Source of the DNA: Thermoplasmata archaeon
GTDB lineage: Archaea; Thermoplasmatota; E2; UBA202; DSCA01
DNA: 27,779 bases
NCBI GenBank assembly: GCA_021159125.1
Contig: JAGGSL010000140.1
Coordinates: 1-27,779 of the forward strand
Reading direction: 5' to 3'
Below the pieces are notes generated by a model. It was not told the origin of the DNA. It worked only from the letters and a program-made list of their open reading frames with translations, and did no database searches. The translations under genes were made by a program, and so were the position numbers. This document shows positions 1 to 8,233 of this stretch, in pieces; positions within the stretch are counted from its first letter, which is position 1; every line of letters starts with the position of its first letter.

Positions 1-60
1 GCCGCCAGATAACGATAAAAGGATCGAGATACAAAATGCTGCTATCAGCATTCTCCTCAT
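1..60 (-). CDS. 5' fragment of a secreted/membrane protein running off the left edge (MRRMLIAAFCISILLSLSGG...)
   Basis: Manual translation from ATG at 60: basic N-terminus plus hydrophobic stretch, like a signal peptide. GGTGA SD 5 nt upstream (plus-strand tcacc at 65-69). Confidence 0.7.
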   Translation of the reverse strand, partial: MRRMLIAAFCISILLSLSGG

Positions 61-154
61 TTTTTCACCAGGTATAAAACAAATCTGTATTTAATATTTG
101 TCGGAATGCGGAGCTGACCGTCAATTTTAATAAATCCTTGACAATTCAAGACAG

Positions 155-1549
155 ATGAAAGTTAAGAAAAGCGAGGACTTTGACGAGTGGTATAACGAAG
201 TCGTTGAGGAAGCAGATTTGTGCGACAAGAGATATCCTGTAAAGGGGATGAACATATGGAAACCATATGGGTGGGAAATACAGCAAAATATAGATTCCAT
301 AATAAGAGGCGAAATGAAAAAAACAGGGCATAAAGAAGTCTATTTTCCTCTTCTTGTCCCTGAAAGCCTATTCAAAAAGGAGGCAGACCATATCAAAGGG
401 TTTGGCTCCGAGGTATTCTGGGTTACCCATGCAGGGGAAAAGGAGTTAGAGGAGCGCCTTCTCCTCCGCCCGACATCTGAAACAGCATTGTACCATATCT
501 TCTCCCTCTGGATTCGCTCTCACGCCGATCTACCTCTAAAAACATTCCAGATAGTAAACACATTCCGCTATGAAACAAAAATGACAAAGGCATTCGTGAG
601 GGTAAGAGAAATACATTTCTTTGAAGCCCATACGTGTCATACCGATTTCAAAGATGCCGAAAAGCAGATATTGGAGGATGTAAAAATTGCAGGCAATTTT
701 TTTGATAAACTTGCAATACCTTATATAATAAGCAAGAGGCCTGACTGGGATAAATTTGCAGGCGCATATTATTCTCTTGGAATAGACGTTCTTATGCCCT
801 CCAAGAAGGTGCTTCAGGTCGCCTCCATACATCAGTACAGGGATAATTTTTCACGCCCTTTCGAAATAAAATATGAGGACGAGAGCGGAGAGCACAGATA
901 CTGCCATCAGACAACGTATGGCATGTCTGAGAGAGTGCTTGGTGCCATTGTGGGCATTTATGGGGATGATAAAGGGATTGCACTTCCCTCATTTATAGCC
1001 CCGATTCAGGCCGTCATTGTACCAATAATATTCAAAGGCAAGGAGGATATGGTGAAGAAAGAATGCGAAGCAGTAAAACATGAGTTGGAAGAAATGGGCG
1101 TAAGAACCCACTTGGACATGAGGGACAAAACACCTGGCAATAAATTCTACGACTGGGAATTAAAAGGAGTGCCTCTGCGGATAGAGATAGGCCCAAGAGA
1201 TGTGGAGAAGGGCGTTATTACGATTGCAGCAAGAGATGGCCTAAAAAAAGAGATAAAAAGAAGTGGTTTAGACAAAATAAAGCAGGAAATGTCTTCTTTT
1301 GACTCACGACTGTTTGAACAGGCAAAAAAGTTTCTCGACGAAAACATACATACTTTGGACTACATAGAAGAAAAAGAAGGCATAATAGAAATTCCGTGGT
1401 GCGGCAGGGAGGAATGCGGGCTGCAGATGGAAGAGGAGCTGGAAATGACATCCCTCGGCATTCCGTTTCCTGAAAAAGCATGCAATGGAAAATGTGCCAT
1501 ATGCGGAAACGAGGCAAAGCACTACCTGCGTCTTGCTAAGAGTTATTAA
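155..1549 (+). CDS. proS: Proline--tRNA ligase, archaeal/eukaryotic type
   Basis: N-terminal F.EWYNEVV, LRPTSET, motif 2 FRYETK...VREIHFFEAHT, QTTYGMSER, anticodon-binding GVPLRIEIGPRD, C-terminal Cys-rich Zn site (WCGREECG...CAICG). Confidence 0.97.
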   Translation: MKVKKSEDFDEWYNEVVEEADLCDKRYPVKGMNIWKPYGWEIQQNIDSIIRGEMKKTGHKEVYFPLLVPESLFKKEADHIKGFGSEVFWVTHAGEKELEERLLLRPTSETALYHIFSLWIRSHADLPLKTFQIVNTFRYETKMTKAFVRVREIHFFEAHTCHTDFKDAEKQILEDVKIAGNFFDKLAIPYIISKRPDWDKFAGAYYSLGIDVLMPSKKVLQVASIHQYRDNFSRPFEIKYEDESGEHRYCHQTTYGMSERVLGAIVGIYGDDKGIALPSFIAPIQAVIVPIIFKGKEDMVKKECEAVKHELEEMGVRTHLDMRDKTPGNKFYDWELKGVPLRIEIGPRDVEKGVITIAARDGLKKEIKRSGLDKIKQEMSSFDSRLFEQAKKFLDENIHTLDYIEEKEGIIEIPWCGREECGLQMEEELEMTSLGIPFPEKACNGKCAICGNEAKHYLRLAKSY

Positions 1550-1835
1550 TCTCCTTCTTCAATTTTTTTATTGTTCCCGAGGTCTTCAAAGTTTTGATAG
1601 AAAATTTATTATTTACTTCTACGGAGTTCAAAAGATCTATTATTTCCTCCTTTTTGGTATGTTTGCATCTCACTATGCCGTAATTTTTTTCGTAAACAGT
1701 AAGCCAAGGCATGTCCTCGTCGTTGTATTTTTTCCTATATGAATTGTTTATTGAATGTATTATATCTTTTCTTGATGCATTCCCACTGACTGAAAATAAT
1801 ATGTATCTCTGCCTCCCCGTTTTTTCCTTTATCAT
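1536..1835 (-). CDS. rnp2: Ribonuclease P protein component 2 (Pop5/Rpp14 family)
   Basis: 99 aa, basic. RQRYILF at the N-terminus, GIVRCKH in the middle and KTLKTSGTIKKL at the C-terminus match the archaeal Pop5 pattern. Confidence 0.85.
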   Translation of the reverse strand: MIKEKTGRQRYILFSVSGNASRKDIIHSINNSYRKKYNDEDMPWLTVYEKNYGIVRCKHTKKEEIIDLLNSVEVNNKFSIKTLKTSGTIKKLKKEINNS

Positions 1836-1837
1836 CC

Positions 1838-2008
1838 TTAAAGTTCTCCGAACTCTTCCTGCAGGTCGATAACAAGCTCACGAAGCATATCTTCAAAAAG
1901 TGTGTTCCTGTATTCCCTTGTCCCGGCCTGGGTGTGAGCCCTTGCTATAAACTCACTTCCCTCCTTCACTATTTCTATCCGACATAACTCTTCTTCCACC
2001 GTGACCAT
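1838..2008 (-). CDS. Small acidic hypothetical protein, 56 aa (MVTVEEELCRIEIVKEGSEFIARAHTQAGTREYRNTLFEDMLRELVIDLQEEFGEL); absent from ORF track
   Basis: Manual translation, ATG 2008 to TAA 1838. Fills the gap between thiC and rnp2, stops 2 nt before the rnp2 ATG, has GTGAGA just upstream and an AT-rich TATA-like element near 2030-2045. Confidence 0.8.
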   Translation of the reverse strand: MVTVEEELCRIEIVKEGSEFIARAHTQAGTREYRNTLFEDMLRELVIDLQEEFGEL

Positions 2009-2056
2009 ATTCTCACTGGTATATCAAATGTATATTTATTATTTTTGCATACCCGC

Positions 2057-3334
2057 TCAATCCTGTAAATATTTCTCAACGATTTCAATGGCGCATAGCT
2101 TTCCGCACATTGAGCATGCCTTTGGGTCCTCCGTGGGCTTCCTCCTTTTCCTGTATTCCTTTGCTTTGTCAGGATCTATGCATGATTCGAACATTTTCTT
2201 CCAGTCCAGTTCGTGCCTTGCCCTTGAAAATTCTGTATCAACATCATAATCTATTCCTTTTGCAATGTCTGCTGCATGTGCCGCTATCCTTGATGCTATC
2301 ACCCCTTCCTTTACATCCTTTACATCAGGAAGGGAAAGATGCTCTGCAGGGGTCACATAGCACAGAAAATCAGCGCCGTAATAGCCGGCTATCGCTCCGC
2401 CTATGCTCCCCACGATATGGTCATACCCCGGGGCTATGTCTGTGACAAGTGGGCCAAGAACAAAGTAGGGTGCCTCTTTTGTAACCCTCTTCATCACCTT
2501 TATGTTGGGCTCTATGTCGGAGAGAGGCATATGGCCTGGCCCTTCAACCATGGTCTGCACGCCTGCCGCCCTCGCCCGCTCCACCAACTCGCCTATAATC
2601 AGAAGTTCCTGAAATTTCGCTCTGTCATTTGAATCGTAAAGCCCGCCCGAGCGCATTCCATCACCAAGACTGAGAGTCAGATCATATTCTCCCGCTATCT
2701 CAAGAAGGTAGTCAAATTCTTTGTAGAGCGGATTTTCCTCCCCATTATGAAGAATCCATGCCATGTGGAATGCCCCTCCCCTCGAAACCATGGGGATGAG
2801 GCGATGCTGCCTTTTCAATCGTTCAACACTTTCTTTTGTGACTCCGACATGTGCCACTGTAAAATCAACGCCCTGCTTTGCCTGATTTCTGAAAGAATTG
2901 AATATGTCATCAGAGGTCATGTCAACTATCGCTCCTCTCTTTTCTATCGCATCCAGACCCGCCTGATATATCGGGACAGTACCGAAGGGAACATCAACTA
3001 TCTTGAGCAATTCCTTTCTTATCTCGTCCAGGTCGCCACCTGTGGACAAATCCATTATGGCATGGGAGCCAGCTGCTATTGCAACTCTTGCTTTTTCTTT
3101 TTCTTCCTCTATGTTGCAATACTCCCTTGAAGTGCCTATGTTGGCATTTATCTTCACCCTCAAACCCTTGCCTATGCCAAGCGATTTTGGGGAATGAATT
3201 GGATTATGTGGTATGACTATTTTGCCTTCAGCAACTCTTCTCCTTACTTTCTCAACATCAAGCCCTTCCGCCCTTGCAATCTCCTTTATTTCTTCAGTAA
3301 CAATGCCCTTCTGGGCATCCTGCATTATTGTCAT
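2057..3334 (-). CDS. thiC: Phosphomethylpyrimidine synthase ThiC (radical SAM-like)
   Basis: KINANIGTS, IMDLSTGG, GTVPIYQA, SRGG, LSLGDGMR, VEGPGH, YVLGPLVTDIAPGYDH, YVTPAEHL and C-terminal CSMCGKLC. Start moved from the ORF-track 3400 to MTIMQDA at 3334, which has a TATA-like element about 25 nt upstream. Confidence 0.93.
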   Translation of the reverse strand: MTIMQDAQKGIVTEEIKEIARAEGLDVEKVRRRVAEGKIVIPHNPIHSPKSLGIGKGLRVKINANIGTSREYCNIEEEKEKARVAIAAGSHAIMDLSTGGDLDEIRKELLKIVDVPFGTVPIYQAGLDAIEKRGAIVDMTSDDIFNSFRNQAKQGVDFTVAHVGVTKESVERLKRQHRLIPMVSRGGAFHMAWILHNGEENPLYKEFDYLLEIAGEYDLTLSLGDGMRSGGLYDSNDRAKFQELLIIGELVERARAAGVQTMVEGPGHMPLSDIEPNIKVMKRVTKEAPYFVLGPLVTDIAPGYDHIVGSIGGAIAGYYGADFLCYVTPAEHLSLPDVKDVKEGVIASRIAAHAADIAKGIDYDVDTEFSRARHELDWKKMFESCIDPDKAKEYRKRRKPTEDPKACSMCGKLCAIEIVEKYLQD

Positions 3335-3526
3335 GGTTGGAGTAAGAAGCATTGCACATATAATATTTTTTCTTGTCTTGATTTCAGATGGGAGCAGCAT
3401 TTATTTGAGAAAGCCATGCAACATGTCTCTGCCCCCTGCCAGACACCCTCAATAACCAGTCAATATTTCCTGGGCATGAATTTCTTCCCTGCCTTCGCCT
3501 CCAAGCATGCATTTGCTGTAAGTCTT

Positions 3527-4183
3527 TCACAAGTTGCTTTTAATGATCTTAATCCCTCCCTTTGTCCCCACAACCACAACATCTGCAAGTTTTACAAATA
3601 AACCGTTTTCCACGACACCTGGAATGCTATTCAGCATTGTTTCCATTTCCTCTGCATTTTCAATGCTTGTGTATTTGCAGTCAAGAATGTAGTTTCCGTT
3701 GTCCGTGATGAATCCTTCCCTTAACTTTGGAGTGAAGCCAAATGCTCTCAGCTTTTTTGCCACACTTTCCCATCCAAATTTTACAACTTCCACAGGCAGC
3801 GGGAAAGAAAATGAGCTGACAATTTTTGACTCATCCACAACTATTATTTCCTTCATAGAACAGCTTGCCACCATCTTCTCTCTCAGCAAGGCGCCTCCCC
3901 CTCCCTTTATTAAATTTAATTTCCCGTCTACCTGGTCAGCTCCATCTATTGTAACATCTATGTCATGCTCATTTAACGGGACAAGAGGTATCCCGGCTTC
4001 ATTTGCGAGCTTTTCCGTTTCTCTGGATGTTGCTATTCCCTTGATATGCAAGCCGTCCTTCACCATTTCTCCTATCTTCTCAATTGCATATTTTGTTGTC
4101 GAGCCTGTGCCCAGCCCCACAATCATTCCGTCTTTCACATAAGAAGTTGCATGATGGGCAGCTGCTTTCTTCAATTCCTCCAT
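3527..4183 (-). CDS. rpiA: Ribose-5-phosphate isomerase A
   Basis: GLGTGST, DGADQVD, LIKGGGGALLREK, TDNGNYILD, IPGVVENGLF. Confidence 0.97.
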   Translation of the reverse strand: MEELKKAAAHHATSYVKDGMIVGLGTGSTTKYAIEKIGEMVKDGLHIKGIATSRETEKLANEAGIPLVPLNEHDIDVTIDGADQVDGKLNLIKGGGGALLREKMVASCSMKEIIVVDESKIVSSFSFPLPVEVVKFGWESVAKKLRAFGFTPKLREGFITDNGNYILDCKYTSIENAEEMETMLNSIPGVVENGLFVKLADVVVVGTKGGIKIIKSNL

Positions 4184-4197
4184 GAATGTAAACCAAG

Positions 4198-4211
4198 ATT
4201 TTTATAAAAAT
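4198..4211 (-). promoter_or_regulatory. TATA box for rpiA (palindromic ATTTTTATAAAAAT), probably a leaderless or short-leader transcript
   Basis: TTTATAAA about 20-25 nt upstream of the rpiA ATG, with no SD. Confidence 0.55.
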
Positions 4212-4218
4212 TTGAGCA

Positions 4219-6063
4219 TCAGCTTTCCATGAACTCCTCTATCTCAAGTTTCTTTAACGTCTTTTCCTTCGGAATTCCTTTTTTATCCCAGCCTCTTGCC
4301 TCGAAGTAGTCCTGCAACATCTTCTTTTCTTCTTTTTCGGATATAAAGCTTCCTTTTGACACTCCTTCAGGTATGGGAATCCTTATCTTTGGCGGGAGCT
4401 TCGAGTCCTCTTTCGTCCATCCGCATTTTATGTTGAATATGTGTTTCAAGTTGTTGATCCTCTCGCCTATGGTAAGCAATTCGTCTTCTCCCATTCTCTT
4501 CCCTATTGCTGCCTCAAGAATATCTGCAAAACCTTCTATCAGAAACATCCCTCTCGAAAACTTGCATACGCCAAGGGTATCGTATACAGCCATGAAATTT
4601 TCCATATCTGCTATTTCCTGCCCTTTCCCTTCGGCGCTGAATCTGTCCACTCCTTCATACCTCCAGAATTTTCCTGTAAGTTCGAGAGCATATGCGCCTG
4701 AACGGAGGTGGCATGCCCCTCGAGGGGACGTCATGAACGCAAGCCCCATTCCTTTTATTCCCCTTACATCATATGCAGGAGGTTCCATGCCGCGCACATG
4801 GACCGCATATTTGTCCGCCCCCTTGCCTATCTTCTCAGCAGCCCTCTTGACTCCTTCTGCCAGCAAATCTCCGAGCCCATCTCTATTGGCTATTTTCTCC
4901 ACCATCTGAACAACCGCATCGCCATTCCCGAAGCGGAGGTCTATGCCCGCAGCATCTTTTTCACTCAGAATCCCGTTCTCGTACAAATCCATGGCAAAAC
5001 CTATGGCTCCTCCTGCAGATATTGTGTCCATGCCGTACAAATCGCACAGCTCATTTGCCTTTGCAAGAGCCTCTATACTTGGATTTCCGCAGTTGCTGCC
5101 CAGAGCAAATAACGTTTCATACTCAACTCCATCAAGTGCCCCTTCGTATTTCCCCTTTATGACAAATGCCTTTCCGCATGGCTTTACGCATTGTATGCAC
5201 GCCTTGTTTTTTATTGTGTATCTTGGGGCCCAGTAGTATGGGTCAATCTCCTTTCTTTCGTCAAAAACTCCTTCCCTCCAGTTTCTTGTAGGGAAAGTGC
5301 CTCGCTCTGCGTTCATCCACTCTAAAAATTCTCCCGTGCCATACTTGCCATCGTCATTGAAAGCAGGGCTTTCTATCATTATCTTATACCACTTATCTAG
5401 CAGCTTCATCATCTTATCAGGGTCTGCAACTTTGATGTCATTGCTTCCTTTGATTGCTATCGCCTTCAAATTTTTTGAGCCCATGACAGCCCCCAGCCCG
5501 CCGCGCCCCGCCTGCCGCTCATCTGAATCTATGGTAGCATACCTGATTTTTCTTTCCCCTGCAGGCCCTATTGAAGCTATAACAACGTCGCCCTCATCTT
5601 TCTTTATCTCTTCCGTGGTTTCTCTTGTTGACTTTCCCCAGAGATGTTCCGCTGATTTTACAAGAACTTCGTCATCATTGATTAACAGATAAGACGGCTT
5701 GTCAGCCATTCCTGTAATTATAAGGGCATCATATCCTGCCTGTTTGAGTGCAAATCCTATTCTTCCGCCCATGATGCCTTCTCCCCATCCCCCTGTGAGG
5801 GGGGCTTTTGCAAAAAAGGCGGTTTTCCCGGCAGTGGGAACAACAGTCCCCGTAAGCAGCCCCGGAGCCATTACAAGCACATTTTCTTTTCCGAAAGGGT
5901 CTGCATCTCCCGGAACAAGTTTATTCAAAAAGTATGCCCCGAAACCATCCCCGCCGAGATATTTGAGGGCAAAGCTATCTCCTATTTTCTGCCTCTTTCC
6001 CTCCTTTTTTGATAAATCTACTGTCAGAATTTTACCGCCATAACAGCTATTTTCAACTACCAT
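4219..6063 (-). CDS. aor: Aldehyde:ferredoxin oxidoreductase (tungsto/molybdopterin AFOR family), catalytic subunit
   Basis: YLGGDG, KAPLTGG, IGPAGE, AGRGGLGAVMGSKNLKAIA, CIQCVKPCG, EYET, DLYGMDTIS, EPPAYDVRG, RGACH, D.LGVCKF; 614 aa. Confidence 0.93.
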   Translation of the reverse strand: MVVENSCYGGKILTVDLSKKEGKRQKIGDSFALKYLGGDGFGAYFLNKLVPGDADPFGKENVLVMAPGLLTGTVVPTAGKTAFFAKAPLTGGWGEGIMGGRIGFALKQAGYDALIITGMADKPSYLLINDDEVLVKSAEHLWGKSTRETTEEIKKDEGDVVIASIGPAGERKIRYATIDSDERQAGRGGLGAVMGSKNLKAIAIKGSNDIKVADPDKMMKLLDKWYKIMIESPAFNDDGKYGTGEFLEWMNAERGTFPTRNWREGVFDERKEIDPYYWAPRYTIKNKACIQCVKPCGKAFVIKGKYEGALDGVEYETLFALGSNCGNPSIEALAKANELCDLYGMDTISAGGAIGFAMDLYENGILSEKDAAGIDLRFGNGDAVVQMVEKIANRDGLGDLLAEGVKRAAEKIGKGADKYAVHVRGMEPPAYDVRGIKGMGLAFMTSPRGACHLRSGAYALELTGKFWRYEGVDRFSAEGKGQEIADMENFMAVYDTLGVCKFSRGMFLIEGFADILEAAIGKRMGEDELLTIGERINNLKHIFNIKCGWTKEDSKLPPKIRIPIPEGVSKGSFISEKEEKKMLQDYFEARGWDKKGIPKEKTLKKLEIEEFMES

Positions 6064-6065
6064 TT

Positions 6066-6461
6066 TTATCCCTCCACTATTTCAAGAGCGCCCTGAGAAC
6101 AGTATTTCACGCACATCGGGTCGCCTCCGCACAAATCGCATTTATATGCCTTTTTTTCAAAAATCCATACCGCACCGATAGGACATGCTTTTTCGCATAA
6201 CCTGCATCCCGTGCATTTTTCATAATCAACATAAACCCTCCCGTTTTCTTTCTTCATGGCATCGAACTTGCATGCATCAACACATTCAAAATTGCAGTCT
6301 TCCCCATGAGTGCATAGATGAGGAATGTCTTCAGTAACGCTTTTTTTCTCAATCCTTATGCCCGACTTCATTGGATTCACAACATGCCAGTGAGCCATTG
6401 AACACACTGCTTCACATTCCATGCATCCGGAACACTTTTCAGGAATTGCCTTGACGAACAT
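6066..6461 (-). CDS. 4Fe-4S dicluster electron-transfer subunit (DmsB/CooF-like), partner of the AOR
   Basis: Four Cys clusters (CSGCMECEAVC; CTHGEDC..ECVDAC; CTGCRLCEKACP; KCDLC...MCVKYC). Stops 2 nt before the aor ATG. Confidence 0.92.
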   Translation of the reverse strand: MFVKAIPEKCSGCMECEAVCSMAHWHVVNPMKSGIRIEKKSVTEDIPHLCTHGEDCNFECVDACKFDAMKKENGRVYVDYEKCTGCRLCEKACPIGAVWIFEKKAYKCDLCGGDPMCVKYCSQGALEIVEG

Positions 6462-6501
6462 ATTTTCCCCTTATCCTGAATGAAAAGTCGTTTAAAAATG
6501 T

Positions 6502-7179
6502 TTATGAGGGCAGAGCAAGCGCCAGTATAAGAAATGGCAATCCGATTTTCGTTATGATTATGCTTTTGTTTCTTACTTTTGGGCTCCAGCCATAATCATC
6601 AAGGCGGTAAAACAGCAACCATCCGTATTGAGAGAAGAATGCAAACAATGACAGGAAAAACAAACGGAGCCATATCATGCCAGATATGTCGGAAAATGCT
6701 TTGAGGGCGTGATGATAATATCCAACCTGAACATAAAACGAGCCGATAACAAGGAACATTGCCCCGAATGCCATCTGAAATTCGCTGTGTATAAGCCCTT
6801 CAGCATACATGCACGCCAGAGCGCCTATTATCGAAAAGACCATGACAGGCCATCCTGCAATAATTGTGAGGTAAATCGCTATCGAGACCAAAATTATCAG
6901 GGATATTACAAGCAGGATTTTCAATGTTTGCTTGCTGAAAGTGGCCCTCTTCTCTATATCATAATGATACAGGTCATGTATTGTATGGGAAAGGAGATAG
7001 TGGGCAAGAAATCCTCCTACGGATGTGAGGACGAGTCCTGTCCAATATATGTCGCCAAAGCTTTTAATTGCTCCGGTATCATACGCAAAAATCGAGCCGA
7101 GTATGGGAAACAGTCCGCCAGTTATAATCGATGTTAAAATTGTGAATGGAGAGGTTATTCCTTTCTCTTCGATTGGCAT
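6502..7179 (-). CDS. Multi-pass membrane protein, divergent short UbiA/MenA-like prenyltransferase candidate
   Basis: About 6-7 hydrophobic segments. PILGSIFA, LAHYLLSHTIHDLYHYD (position of the N-D-x-x-D motif) and LTIIAGWP resemble the MenA N-terminal half. Abuts the polyprenyl synthase stop. Family call is by eye only. Confidence 0.5.
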   Translation of the reverse strand: MPIEEKGITSPFTILTSIITGGLFPILGSIFAYDTGAIKSFGDIYWTGLVLTSVGGFLAHYLLSHTIHDLYHYDIEKRATFSKQTLKILLVISLIILVSIAIYLTIIAGWPVMVFSIIGALACMYAEGLIHSEFQMAFGAMFLVIGSFYVQVGYYHHALKAFSDISGMIWLRLFFLSLFAFFSQYGWLLFYRLDDYGWSPKVRNKSIIITKIGLPFLILALALPS

Positions 7180-8151
7180 TTATATCTCTACACCAACTTT
7201 CTCGGCCATCTTGTTTGTTATGTACACAGGTGCTTCTTTCAGCAGTGGCTTGTAAATGTTATCAGGTATGAGCGGCGAGTTTGCAATTTCCTGCGCCTTC
7301 CTCACATATTTTATTATTCCCTGTCTGTATACTTCCTGAAGGTTTGTTCCCCTCTTCTTTAGTTCTTCCTCTATAGAAATCTTACCTTCTTTCAGCATGC
7401 CTATAAGCTCTTCGTTCAGGTTTTTTCCATATACATTGATAAGCGGCATTATGATGCCCTCTTCAAGTCGCCCTTCTGCAATATCTACCAGATCATCGGC
7501 AAGCTGATACGCCAGCCCTACGTTTCTTCCGTATTCTACCATCAGAGATTGGATTTCAGGGGGTGCCCTTGCTTCTATTGCACCTGCCCTGCATGCTGTG
7601 GCGAAAAGAGAGGCAGTTTTCATTTCCATTACATTGAAGTATTCTTTGACAAGCAGTTCAGAAGAATTTCCCCCATTGAATATATTCTCCAGATGTGCAT
7701 TCAGGTCTATATCTTCTATTTGACCTACAAGCGTCTTATCCCATGTATCCAGGAAAATTATCGCATTGTCCAGCCCATGAGTGACAGAGATGCGAAATGC
7801 CTTGCTTATCATCCTGTGGCCTGTGAGAATGGCGTTGCCTATCCCGCTTTTTATATATAGCGATGGTTTTCCTCTTCTTGTAACATCTCCGTCCATTATA
7901 TCATCATGAACAAGAGACGCGGAGTGGGCAAGCTCTATCCCAAGGGCACTTTCCAGGGCTTTATCATATCTGTCATCTCTTCCATTGCAAGCCCTGAATG
8001 CCAACATAAGCATGATGGGGCGAAGCAATTTTCCGCCTTCAAGAGCATACCTCATGTCTCTGTCCCTGATTTCTTCGTCAATTTTTTTTCTTACCTCGTC
8101 CTGGACGTGAGCGACAAATTCCTGAAATGTGAGCAGTTTCTCTATGGACAT
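7180..8151 (-). CDS. trans-Polyprenyl diphosphate synthase
   Basis: GGKLLRP, first Asp-rich motif HSASLVHDDIMDGD..RRGKPS, GQIEDI, KTASLF, second motif GLAYQLADDLVD. Probable start MSIEKLL at 8151 (ORF track 8169). Confidence 0.93.
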   Translation of the reverse strand: MSIEKLLTFQEFVAHVQDEVRKKIDEEIRDRDMRYALEGGKLLRPIMLMLAFRACNGRDDRYDKALESALGIELAHSASLVHDDIMDGDVTRRGKPSLYIKSGIGNAILTGHRMISKAFRISVTHGLDNAIIFLDTWDKTLVGQIEDIDLNAHLENIFNGGNSSELLVKEYFNVMEMKTASLFATACRAGAIEARAPPEIQSLMVEYGRNVGLAYQLADDLVDIAEGRLEEGIIMPLINVYGKNLNEELIGMLKEGKISIEEELKKRGTNLQEVYRQGIIKYVRKAQEIANSPLIPDNIYKPLLKEAPVYITNKMAEKVGVEI

Positions 8152-8233
8152 TATAAAGGCAATAAACATCTAATATAATAAACTAACGCTCACGAAAAAG
8201 ATTTAAATTCTCAAAAGTGTTGTCTTTTATATC

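Noticed and set aside
3335-3526. TPP or cobalamin riboswitch upstream of thiC
   Set aside because: No CTGAGA or paired CCTGA...TAAT...AGGGA core on the coding strand. CTGCCCCC/GCCAGACACC, which look cobalamin-like, are on the wrong strand and incomplete.
3388-3542. Plus-strand Cys-rich frame with an in-frame TGA after MGAAFI (possible selenoprotein or pseudogene)
   Set aside because: No SECIS-like element or recognisable family, no Sec machinery in the window, and it overlaps the rpiA 3' end.
4373-6043. Long plus-strand ORFs antisense to aor, and similar antisense ORFs over thiC, proS, trm56, dys and the thermosome
   Set aside because: Shadow frames of well-supported genes, with no recognisable motifs or translation signals.
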